Translations under genes and position numbers: made by a program
Shown here: piece after piece, positions 18,692 to 27,703 of the stretch
Numbering within the stretch: position 1 is the first letter of the stretch
Layout: every line of letters begins with the position of its first letter
Source: a virus
Taxonomy: Duplodnaviria > Caudoviricetes
Length of the DNA: 64,000 nucleotides
Virus record (IMG/VR): IMGVR_UViG_2568526092_000002
Span: 9,536-73,535 of that record
Strand: one strand, 5' to 3'
The notes under the pieces: generated by a model
Database searches by the model: none
The model's input: only the letters and a program-made list of their open reading frames with translations
What the model was told of the DNA's origin: nothing

Positions 18692-21600
18692 TTACATAAT
18701 GAAGCAATATCCGTAGTCAGCAACTACATCAATTGTGGATACAAGGTCGTTACGGTACAGTACATAAAGTTTCGATGGGACTGTACGGAATTGCCATGTC
18801 TCAATGAAGGAAGGGAGGTCTGATTTATCGCTCCGTCTTGCTACGATTCTACCGTTGAGGTCTTTGTCAGCACTTCTTCTGATAGTAATTGTAGCCTTCA
18901 GGTCAGCCTTTTCAGTTCTCCTTACGGTGATTGTACAATCTAGCAAGTCACTCTTTTCCAAGACTTCAAGACGCATAGGGGTTTCAGAGAAAGCACTTCT
19001 GCGTACAGTGATTTTGGAATTAAGGACTTTCCACTGGATGGTGTTGATCCTACCTCCAATGTCGCTGTTGTCTCTTCTCCGTACCGTAATCTTGCAGGTC
19101 TTTTCGGACATGCTCGAACGCCTTACGGCTAGTTGCGAGTTCAGGTCAGAACTGAAGAGAACGTAAATGCTGGAATCAAGGTCAGCATCAGCAACAGGAA
19201 TAATGAATACCTTGCCTGTCATTTTATTTAATGCAGGTACACCTAACGTATTCGGCAGGTCTTCGTTCTTTCTGTAGACGATGCTTGCGTTCGCAGGAAG
19301 GTCGCTCTTCCCTTTAGCCCGCACTTTCAGGCTAGAAGGAATGTTGTACTCAGCGTTCAGTACAACTTGGATGCTTCCCACGATATCAGATGCAGGTGAG
19401 ATTTCAATACTTCCGTCAAGGTCGGTCTGTCCAACAGGGATGAAGTCAACGTGACCTGTCATCGTGTTGTCGAATCGTACACCGATTGTCGAAGGGATAG
19501 TATATCTCATTACAGGGACAATGACGGACACTAGGTCACTAACTCCGTGTCTAACGACCGTCAGGCTACCGCCCACATCGTGGTCTGCCCAATTCCTTAC
19601 TCCGATAGTCCCGACGAACTGTGACCATTCTTGTACTTGCAGTGTAGTTGGAATCTCAGAGATGAAACGATTCTTTACTCCGATTGTACCTTTCAGGTCT
19701 TTGTTTCCGTAAGCAGGTACGGCGATTACCGAAGCCAAGTTACCCGATATTACTTGAATGCTCGAAGGAATCATGCTTGCCCCTACTACATCTAAGGTCG
19801 AAACGATTTCATTCATGTACTTAACGAATACCTTAGAACCTAAGTCTTTGCTATCCTTGAACATTACGTTAATGGTTGACCGCAGGTCTTTGTTAAGCAC
19901 TACGTTAACTACGCCCGCAAGTTCAGGTCTGCTTACAATCAAGCCGCCGCCAAGGGATTGCTCTGCATCGACTTTGACCTTAACAATAGAAGTAACGTCT
20001 GAGCGGTCAGTGACTTTAATGCTTGACTGAAGTATGTCCCTACTTACCGTAATACCCGCCGCTAGTTCACCTTGACCGAATGCGTTGACCGTAATAGAAG
20101 CGTCAATGTCGGCAGGGAGAGTAACTTCAAGGCTAGAAGGTAAATTAGGTCTGCTTACTTCGAGAGTCACAGGCAGGAACTCGAACCAAGTCGGATTGAC
20201 CGTTAGTTTCGATGGCAGTACTTCCGCATTGGATACGTAAAGCGTACTGCCCAAGCTGTAACCTACTACGACGAGCGCAGAAGGGATTTCAGCTTGCCCT
20301 ATACCCATTACCATTACTTCAGAGTAAAGGTCTCTGTTGACCCCTACGTTGACCGTAACGCTTCCGTCTATGCCCTCTTCCACGTTGTGACGAACTGTGA
20401 TGCTGGAAGGCAGGTCACCATTCTCAGAAGGTTTGGCTGTTATCGAGCCGCCCAAGTTCGGTCTGGAAACCGTTACCTGAGTGGTTAAGTCTTCAGCATT
20501 CTCCCCACGAACCGTAAAGCGCAATTCGATATCGTTGTGCGGGAGAACAGTCAGGGATGCAGGTCTCTCTTTTACATTGACTACCAGCCAAGAGAAGAAG
20601 TCTTGCTCCGTCCAAACTCTTACGCCGACCGTCGAAGGAAGGTCTACTCTGTTTTTAACGTAAAAGCTGATTGGGAGGTCAGGCTTGCTTACTGACATTC
20701 TGCCGTCAACCTTACTAAGAGACTTGTTAGATACTCCCAAGCTAGACGGGATATCAAGTTGGTCACGGTACATGGCAGTGATACTCGAAAGCATATCAGG
20801 TCTGCTCACGTTAGCTACGCCTGTGAACTCATTGTTACGAGTTACCTCAAGGGATGCAGGAATGCCTAATTCCAACCAAGCTGGTTTTCTAACTCTAATC
20901 CTAGACGACAAGTTCTTACGGGAAGGTACTCGAACGCTAGAGTCGATATTAGAACGTCCAAAACTCCATACAGCAGGGTCAAAGTATGTGACCACTAACT
21001 GAGGGGCTAGGCTTGCTTCTTTGGAGAAGAAGTACTCGTAGTTAGGTTCGGATTCGTCAGCCGCCATCAAGTAGAAGTCAACTAAGTTGTTTCCTACTGT
21101 GTACTGCTGTTCGATGAAGTCTGTCACATCGAATGTTACGTGTCCGTCTACAGTGTTTACCGTGTAGGAGTTGGAGATTTCAGTCCCAATGTTCGGACGG
21201 TTGTCCCATGTCACTCCTGTTTCCGACCAGCTTCCGTCTACTGCGAACAGCTTCAGATTCTTAGTCGGTACTTGACCGTAAACCATACGGAGTTCAACCT
21301 TGTCGATATCATAGCTTGATTTCAGGCTAGAGATATCAAATCCTAACAGGGAGCGAAGCACCTTGTCCTTGTAACTACCTACTGCGAAAGTTGTCTCTTC
21401 ACCGTAGTTGAGAGTCGGAACGTCTTCCCTTACATAAGCGTCTTTGACAGTATCCAGAACAACCTCTTCACGGATTGGTAAAGTGATATCCACAATACCT
21501 GTCATTTTGTTCGTAGGCGTGACTCCCATGATACTAAGGAGGTCTCTAGCCCCGCCCTTCACTACGTCGATTTCGGATTCGAGGTCGCTGTGAACACGAA

Positions 21601-24600
21601 TCTTAGCAAGGATTTTAGAAGGGATTTCGCTTTGTGCAGGGTACATGACTTTGATTTTACTGTTCAGGTCTGTGCGACTTGGGACAATAACGCTACCCGC
21701 TAGGTCATCGTGCCACAAAATGAACATACTAGAATCAATATCGGACTGTGCTTCTCTACGGACGGAGATTCTACCGTTCAGGTTTCTTACAATCCAAACA
21801 TTGACTTTACCTGTCAGGTCTTCGTTTTCGGTTCTCATTACCGTAATCTTAGATTCTATGGACTTTTCAAAGAACTGACGTACTGTAATACTTCCGTCAA
21901 TCGTGTCGTATTGAACAACTTCGATGGCAGAGTCAAGGTCACTTGCCATACGCACCCTAACGGTAAACTCACCGTCAATATCGACGTTCCCGTAGGCAGG
22001 GACTTCAATCCTACTAAACAGGTATCCAGAGTTTACTTGGATGCTGGACGGCAACATGCTTGCCCCTACAATGTCCATCTCAGCCAAAATGTCTTTTCTG
22101 AACGGTACGATGATTTTGGATTTAAGGTCTTTATCAACGGTACGTCTGACTGTGATACTTCCTGTGATCTCACTGTGGATAATCGGGAAGATTAACCCTT
22201 TCAAGTCAGGTCTGGATACTGCCGCCTGTCCTGTTAGTTCACTTCTGTCAGCCCGTCTTGCTGTAACCATGCCATCCAAATCACTGCGGAATCTGACGTA
22301 AACTGAAGAGTTAAGGTCAGGTCTGGATACCGTCAGGCTAGAATCCTTTGTGCTGTCGTTCGTGTGCCTTACAGAGATGCTACCCTTGTAGTCGATGTAA
22401 GGGTTGACCTCAATCGTGCCGAGTAACTGGTACTGGTTGGCAACGATGCTTGAAACAATGTCAGTGTCTTCGCCGCCCCTTGCAATCATCACAGAGTCTA
22501 GGTCACTACGATTCAGGACTTCAATCGTACCAAGTTTATTACGCTCACTTACAATGAACTGCGCTGTCAGGTCTTCGTCCACTGTACGCATTACCTTGAT
22601 TGTACCAACTTTGTCGATGTACGGTCTTACGTAGACGGTGGCAGGACGCTCTTTAACGGTTACAATTGCCCACCCGTAAAGGTTGTCGTCACCCCATACT
22701 CGAACACCTAGCTTCGACGGAGTGTCTTTTCTGTTGGCTACGTAAAGAGTCTGTTTCAGGTTTGGTCTGGATACCGTAATGCTACAGTTCTCAAGGTCGT
22801 TCAGGTCTGCTTCCCGTACCGCCACTTTGGAAGTCAGGTCGCTCCAAGTCCCTACTCTTACGATACCTTTACCTTGCAGGTTTGGTCTGGAAAGCATCAA
22901 ACGGGAAGGAAGGTTCTCGAACCGATTACCTGAAGGTGTGACCGTTATTTTCGAGGACATGTCGTTCTTATCGGATTTCTTGAATACATTAATCTTGGAC
23001 GACCAATCTTTTGTACGTGGATACATTACCAAGATGCTAGTATCAATTCCAGAACGTCCGGTGCTTCGGATTACTTCATCAAAGTACGTGTATTCGATGG
23101 ATGGTGCTAAAGATACCCCTGCATCCATTGAGAAGAACTGAGACGATTCGTCAGCTTCGTTTACCGCCCGAACGTAGAAGTCTACGATGTTCTTACCTTC
23201 AGCCTTAGCTTTCAGGATGTATTCGGTGATATCAAAGGTGATGAAGCCTTTCTCTACGTCTGCTGTAAAGTCTCCTTGGCTTACTACATCGCCAGCATTG
23301 GGTTGGTTGTTCCAAGTTACTCCGAACTCTGACCAATCGCCTGTTATGGCTCTTAGTTCGAGTGGGTATGTTGGGGTACGACCGATGGAATGCTTAAGCT
23401 TCATTGAGACTTTTTCAATCTTGTAATCGTCGGACATGCCCAAGATATTCGTGATATCGAAACCTACAAGGCTTCGGAATATCTCTGTACGAGTGGCACT
23501 GTACCCTGCGACCAACGTCTGTTCCCCGCCATAGTTCAGCTTAGGGTACGCTTCACGAATGAAAGCGTCACGTTTCGCAGTTAGTGTGTCTGTTACTCTC
23601 GTAGGCTGTTGAATGTCTACGATTGCGGTCATCCTATTGGAAGGAGTTACACCCAAGGTCATCGGCAGGTCAGAGACTTGCTTTACGTTCACCTCAGAGG
23701 TTACGTCACTATCCCCCGTGCCCCAAATGTCAGTTCTACCTGTCATCGAGTTCCGTAAGCGGACACCAATTCTACCACCAATAGCGGACTCACTAACACC
23801 CATTGTGAAGATACTGCCGCCTATTTCCTCTGTTCCCTGACCGAAGATATCGACCGTGCCTTCCATTGTGTTCAACTCTCGAACGGCAATCTGAGATTTA
23901 AGGTAGCTGTCGCCCTTCCTCTTGACGCTCACTTTCGAGCCGAGGTCAGCTTCCCTCACGCCCCATATAAACGATGTACCGTCCATTGTGTTCGTCTCAG
24001 TTACGGAAATCTTAGAGGGTAGATAGGAATGACTAGGTACTGCTAATGTACTCTCCAGGCTAGAGCTTACGACAGGCTGTATAACCCCTGCCATGTCACT
24101 GCTACCACTTTCACTGACTGTAAAGAAGGCACTAAATTCATTCCGGTAAGGCACATTAAGCGAAGAAGTAACGTCAGATACCTGCTTGACATTTATAGAA
24201 CTTGCTAAATTACTTACGGGAATTATGCCTTCCCATGTGTAGCCACTTAAACCACTACTATCCATTACATCAATAGTGATGGAATTGATAAGGGAAGTGT
24301 AATTACTCTCAGGCACAGTGTATGAAAAGTTGTAAGGCGTTGCTTGCAGTTTGCTCCAATCCATTACTACCACGCCGTTGACAGAAATCCTGTATTTGGA
24401 GTTGCCGTTAGCGGGGTCTGTTACTGAGCCGCTTACGTTGCCTTCGTTGTCCACTGTTGATGACACAACAGGCGGGAGTTTCAGGAATGTAAGGACTGCC
24501 TTACCACCACCTAAGTTACTACCTGTTGTTGATGTACTGCCAAAAAGCGTAAGGTCAATGTAGTTGTGACCACCTGCACCGCCACCACCTCCACCGCCCG

Positions 24601-25258
24601 ATGCGGCGTACCAGTCTCCGGGAGTAGCAGAAGCACCGCCACCGCCACCTGCACCGCCACCGCCATCATAATCAGTCGCACCGCTGTTTCCAACCGAACC
24701 TGTACTGCCCTTGCCGTTGTAGTAGGATTCAGAACCACCTACACCGCCAGAACCGCCACCATGTGGAAATACGCCACTTGCTCCACCTGCACCTGCTGAA
24801 CCTCTATATGATATGCTACCGCCGACTCCGTTTGTCCCACCAGAGCCAGCGTTACCTCCCGTGCCGCCAGTACCACCTGCGGCAGTTCCTCCACTGTGCC
24901 CTGCCGCCCCTCCGTTACCTCCACGTCCACCGCCACCACCTGCGGCAATTATGACGGAACTACCTCTCTTGACATAAGTCCCACCTGCGCCGTTTGTGCC
25001 GCTACTACCGGGACTAGCAGTACCGCCACTAGCTTTACCTGAGCCGCCACTACCGCCGCTACCACCATTAGATTGACTGCCTACTGTAATAGCTAAGACT
25101 TCACCTTTGGTGAGGTTTATTTCCCCTTTTACGCAGCCGCCACTACCGCCGTTCGTACTACCTGCTCCGCTTAACTCTATTAAATAACGTCCGCTATTGG
25201 GTACTGTCCAAGATGACGTAGTGGACGTAAAATTAAACTTATCACCGACGACTGCCAA
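18692..25258 (-). CDS. Giant tail fibre/adhesin: Gly-rich domain + Ig-like domain + two DNRLRE (CBM96-like) domains + ~12-aa repeats
   Basis: WTVP...G.GG Gly-rich N-terminus; two copies of DA[FY][IV]RE..P.LNYG.E...RSL.GFDI...W.E.GVTW.N.P; very many DLxSxIxV repeats; last gene of the tail module. Confidence 0.75.
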   Translation of the reverse strand: MAVVGDKFNFTSTTSSWTVPNSGRYLIELSGAGSTNGGSGGCVKGEINLTKGEVLAITVGSQSNGGSGGSGGSGKASGGTASPGSSGTNGAGGTYVKRGSSVIIAAGGGGGRGGNGGAAGHSGGTAAGGTGGTGGNAGSGGTNGVGGSISYRGSAGAGGASGVFPHGGGSGGVGGSESYYNGKGSTGSVGNSGATDYDGGGGAGGGGGASATPGDWYAASGGGGGGGAGGHNYIDLTLFGSTSTTGSNLGGGKAVLTFLKLPPVVSSTVDNEGNVSGSVTDPANGNSKYRISVNGVVVMDWSKLQATPYNFSYTVPESNYTSLINSITIDVMDSSGLSGYTWEGIIPVSNLASSINVKQVSDVTSSLNVPYRNEFSAFFTVSESGSSDMAGVIQPVVSSSLESTLAVPSHSYLPSKISVTETNTMDGTSFIWGVREADLGSKVSVKRKGDSYLKSQIAVRELNTMEGTVDIFGQGTEEIGGSIFTMGVSESAIGGRIGVRLRNSMTGRTDIWGTGDSDVTSEVNVKQVSDLPMTLGVTPSNRMTAIVDIQQPTRVTDTLTAKRDAFIREAYPKLNYGGEQTLVAGYSATRTEIFRSLVGFDITNILGMSDDYKIEKVSMKLKHSIGRTPTYPLELRAITGDWSEFGVTWNNQPNAGDVVSQGDFTADVEKGFITFDITEYILKAKAEGKNIVDFYVRAVNEADESSQFFSMDAGVSLAPSIEYTYFDEVIRSTGRSGIDTSILVMYPRTKDWSSKINVFKKSDKNDMSSKITVTPSGNRFENLPSRLMLSRPNLQGKGIVRVGTWSDLTSKVAVREADLNDLENCSITVSRPNLKQTLYVANRKDTPSKLGVRVWGDDNLYGWAIVTVKERPATVYVRPYIDKVGTIKVMRTVDEDLTAQFIVSERNKLGTIEVLNRSDLDSVMIARGGEDTDIVSSIVANQYQLLGTIEVNPYIDYKGSISVRHTNDSTKDSSLTVSRPDLNSSVYVRFRSDLDGMVTARRADRSELTGQAAVSRPDLKGLIFPIIHSEITGSITVRRTVDKDLKSKIIVPFRKDILAEMDIVGASMLPSSIQVNSGYLFSRIEVPAYGNVDIDGEFTVRVRMASDLDSAIEVVQYDTIDGSITVRQFFEKSIESKITVMRTENEDLTGKVNVWIVRNLNGRISVRREAQSDIDSSMFILWHDDLAGSVIVPSRTDLNSKIKVMYPAQSEIPSKILAKIRVHSDLESEIDVVKGGARDLLSIMGVTPTNKMTGIVDITLPIREEVVLDTVKDAYVREDVPTLNYGEETTFAVGSYKDKVLRSLLGFDISSLKSSYDIDKVELRMVYGQVPTKNLKLFAVDGSWSETGVTWDNRPNIGTEISNSYTVNTVDGHVTFDVTDFIEQQYTVGNNLVDFYLMAADESEPNYEYFFSKEASLAPQLVVTYFDPAVWSFGRSNIDSSVRVPSRKNLSSRIRVRKPAWLELGIPASLEVTRNNEFTGVANVSRPDMLSSITAMYRDQLDIPSSLGVSNKSLSKVDGRMSVSKPDLPISFYVKNRVDLPSTVGVRVWTEQDFFSWLVVNVKERPASLTVLPHNDIELRFTVRGENAEDLTTQVTVSRPNLGGSITAKPSENGDLPSSITVRHNVEEGIDGSVTVNVGVNRDLYSEVMVMGIGQAEIPSALVVVGYSLGSTLYVSNAEVLPSKLTVNPTWFEFLPVTLEVSRPNLPSSLEVTLPADIDASITVNAFGQGELAAGITVSRDILQSSIKVTDRSDVTSIVKVKVDAEQSLGGGLIVSRPELAGVVNVVLNKDLRSTINVMFKDSKDLGSKVFVKYMNEIVSTLDVVGASMIPSSIQVISGNLASVIAVPAYGNKDLKGTIGVKNRFISEIPTTLQVQEWSQFVGTIGVRNWADHDVGGSLTVVRHGVSDLVSVIVPVMRYTIPSTIGVRFDNTMTGHVDFIPVGQTDLDGSIEISPASDIVGSIQVVLNAEYNIPSSLKVRAKGKSDLPANASIVYRKNEDLPNTLGVPALNKMTGKVFIIPVADADLDSSIYVLFSSDLNSQLAVRRSSMSEKTCKITVRRRDNSDIGGRINTIQWKVLNSKITVRRSAFSETPMRLEVLEKSDLLDCTITVRRTEKADLKATITIRRSADKDLNGRIVARRSDKSDLPSFIETWQFRTVPSKLYVLYRNDLVSTIDVVADYGYCFIM

Positions 25259-25275
25259 TTTTTATCACATCCGTT

Positions 25276-25314
25276 CCCATTGTATTGAGAAGTTACCTGC
25301 CCATTGTATTGAGA
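25276..25314. repeat. 15-bp direct repeat CCCATTGTATTGAGA x2 (24-bp period)
   Basis: Copies at 25276-25290 and 25300-25314, between the promoter/terminator and the start of the 2188-aa gene. Confidence 0.85.
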
Positions 25315-25322
25315 CATAGAAA

Positions 25323-25364
25323 AGCCCTTACCACCATTATAAGATAGTAAGGGCTATTCCTAGC
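25323..25364 (-). promoter_or_regulatory. Terminator hairpin overlapping candidate promoter GCTA-N17-CTTATAATG
   Basis: AGCCCTTAC stem (25323-25355) whose loop is CTTATAATG; followed by a T-run. Confidence 0.6.
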
Positions 25365-27678
25365 TTTTTCTTGGGTCAGCTTTGACTAGTATATCGAACA
25401 TCCCGCCCCACATTGCTTGACGATTAGTAGCTATACGAACATAGAAGCTAATCTTTGCATTGTGGTCTAACTGCTCTACATAGACAAGCTGAGGACGTGG
25501 CTCAAAGGGAGCGTCCAGCTTACTTACTTCAGCCTTGGCGTTGACCCCATCAAGTTCTCTTTGGTCAACCCAAAGCCTGACGTTCTCTACGGGGTATCCA
25601 AGGGTGTTCTTGACGTACACCCTCTCTGCCGCTGTCGTCTGCCCCGCCACCATTGTACCGAAGTCAAGGTACTTTAGCACATCTCCGAAGTCGTCTGAAT
25701 AGAACGACTCTGCCGCATCACAGAACAACAACCCTGAGTACACGCCCATGAAGGTAATGTCCAGCGACTTCGAGCCGCCCAATTCATCCAACGTTTCAAT
25801 ACGGACAGTGTTGCTCTTGCCCTTATTTACTTTCGTTTTCGGAATGACATACTGGATTGTCAATGGTACTGGATTGTAGCCCGTGTACCCATTCTCAGGG
25901 TAAAGCTGTGTCCCGTTCAGGAGGATTCTGTATTGCACCTTATCTGTGTCGGGGTCTGTGACCTGAGCGTTGATAAAGTTACCAAGAACTGTGCCTGTGA
26001 TTGTAGGTGCGGTGTTTGTCTTGATGATTACCTGCGTCCACGTGGTTAGTGTGCCCAAGTCATCCTGCACTTCAATCTTGAGAGTGTTCGCCCCCACGTT
26101 GAAGTCTGCGTTGTTGATTACTAGCCCAATGTCAACAGGTGGAGGGGTTAGTTCTGTGAATCCTGTAATCGGATACTTCTGTATGTTATTCAGTAGCACA
26201 CGGTACTGTACTCTATCCCCTTCAGGGTCGGATACTGTACCGCCAATCATGACGTTATCTTTGTGAATCTGAGCCGCAGATAATTCAGGAGAAGCTACAG
26301 GGGCAACATTAGTCTTCGTTGTAGTCCAAGCAATGGAGTCTGTAAGCCCTTGTGAGTCCTGCACCTCTAACATTACCATGTTACTTCCGAGATTAAAGTA
26401 CGTATGCGATAAATCCTTAGTAAGAATGAAGTCCGTCAACTGCGAAGAAGTCCATCCAGATGAAGGGAATCTCTGTGTACCGTTAACCAAAACCCGATAC
26501 GACACCAGGTCATTGGCTATATGTCCGATGGTAGTGACAAGCTGACAGTCTTCCTTATGAAATGACGGTGTGATACTTGAGTCTGAGAAAGTGAATGAAA
26601 CCTCACCGCCGCCCATAAGCCTACGAACGTCACTAGCCACATTCTGCCAAGCAACTACACCTGTGCTACTGTTGTTGTTCGTAGCAGTTCCCAACATACC
26701 GTAATAGTTGTACCCTACGCCCCTTACTTTACCATCGTTGTCCAGTACAAGAGTATAGTAGTAACCCATAGCTACTTGCCTAACGTTGGTTGTGGCAAGC
26801 CTTGGAGTGTAGTTTATACTTCCAGATACATACCCCATCCCTAACTGCGCATAGTCATCGTTTCCGAATGTGTACAGCTTTGAATCGTTTGTTATCACGC
26901 CTGAGAAGTAGCCGCCGCAGACGACAGAGCGGCAGTTATCCATAATCTTGTGCGGTACTCCATAGAAGTTGTTTGTACCATTTCCTAGACTTCTACCCGT
27001 CTGCCCGTGGTAGTTATACCCCGTACCCCACACAGAACCGTCAGTTTTCAGGAATAGCGAGTGGTATATGCCGCCATCTACCTGTCGAACGTCATCCATT
27101 ACAAATGTGAACGAAAGCTTATTGCTTGCGTTATTAATCCCTAAACCACCGTACCCATTGTACCCTGTTGCGTATAGCTTATTTTGTTGGTCTATGATAA
27201 ACGAGTGAGTGTATCCTGCCCCTACCCTCCGAATACCCGTTGCGACCTTCTGAGGGGTGTATGTGTCTGAAGTCCCACCATTGCCTAACTCCCCGTGAGC
27301 GTTGTACCCGAACGTGTATACATCACCATTGTTCTTTAAGGCAACGGTTTGCAGGTAGCCGCAAGCTACTTCTTTAACATCTGACATGACCTTTACAGGC
27401 GAATAGTTAGAGTTACCGTTCCTCCAACCTCTAGCATCCCCTAACTGCCCATAGTACCCGTATCCGAACGTGTACAAGTCGCCGTTCATTAGAAGTACTG
27501 CTGTATGGTAGTACCCTTCAGCGACCATCTTCACGTTGGACAGTGAAGTTAATCTTGTCTGTATAGGGTAGACGGAAGCACTACTAAATCCTAACTGACC
27601 GTGGCTGTTATATCCGAAGGTATAAGCATCACCGTTGTTCTTGATATATGATGAATGGAAAGCCGACTGTGTACTCAT
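25360..27678 (-). CDS. Tail-associated protein: RCC1-repeat beta-propeller + Ig-like domains + shared C-terminal module
   Basis: Repeated [YF]TFGYNxHGQLG...V..V..G..HT motifs; C-terminal FYSDDFGDVLKYL...KNTLGYPV...FYVR shared with the next two genes. Confidence 0.8.
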   Translation of the reverse strand: MSTQSAFHSSYIKNNGDAYTFGYNSHGQLGFSSASVYPIQTRLTSLSNVKMVAEGYYHTAVLLMNGDLYTFGYGYYGQLGDARGWRNGNSNYSPVKVMSDVKEVACGYLQTVALKNNGDVYTFGYNAHGELGNGGTSDTYTPQKVATGIRRVGAGYTHSFIIDQQNKLYATGYNGYGGLGINNASNKLSFTFVMDDVRQVDGGIYHSLFLKTDGSVWGTGYNYHGQTGRSLGNGTNNFYGVPHKIMDNCRSVVCGGYFSGVITNDSKLYTFGNDDYAQLGMGYVSGSINYTPRLATTNVRQVAMGYYYTLVLDNDGKVRGVGYNYYGMLGTATNNNSSTGVVAWQNVASDVRRLMGGGEVSFTFSDSSITPSFHKEDCQLVTTIGHIANDLVSYRVLVNGTQRFPSSGWTSSQLTDFILTKDLSHTYFNLGSNMVMLEVQDSQGLTDSIAWTTTKTNVAPVASPELSAAQIHKDNVMIGGTVSDPEGDRVQYRVLLNNIQKYPITGFTELTPPPVDIGLVINNADFNVGANTLKIEVQDDLGTLTTWTQVIIKTNTAPTITGTVLGNFINAQVTDPDTDKVQYRILLNGTQLYPENGYTGYNPVPLTIQYVIPKTKVNKGKSNTVRIETLDELGGSKSLDITFMGVYSGLLFCDAAESFYSDDFGDVLKYLDFGTMVAGQTTAAERVYVKNTLGYPVENVRLWVDQRELDGVNAKAEVSKLDAPFEPRPQLVYVEQLDHNAKISFYVRIATNRQAMWGGMFDILVKADPRKS

Positions 27679-27703
27679 TATTTAACCTCCCAATGACCGC
27701 CTA

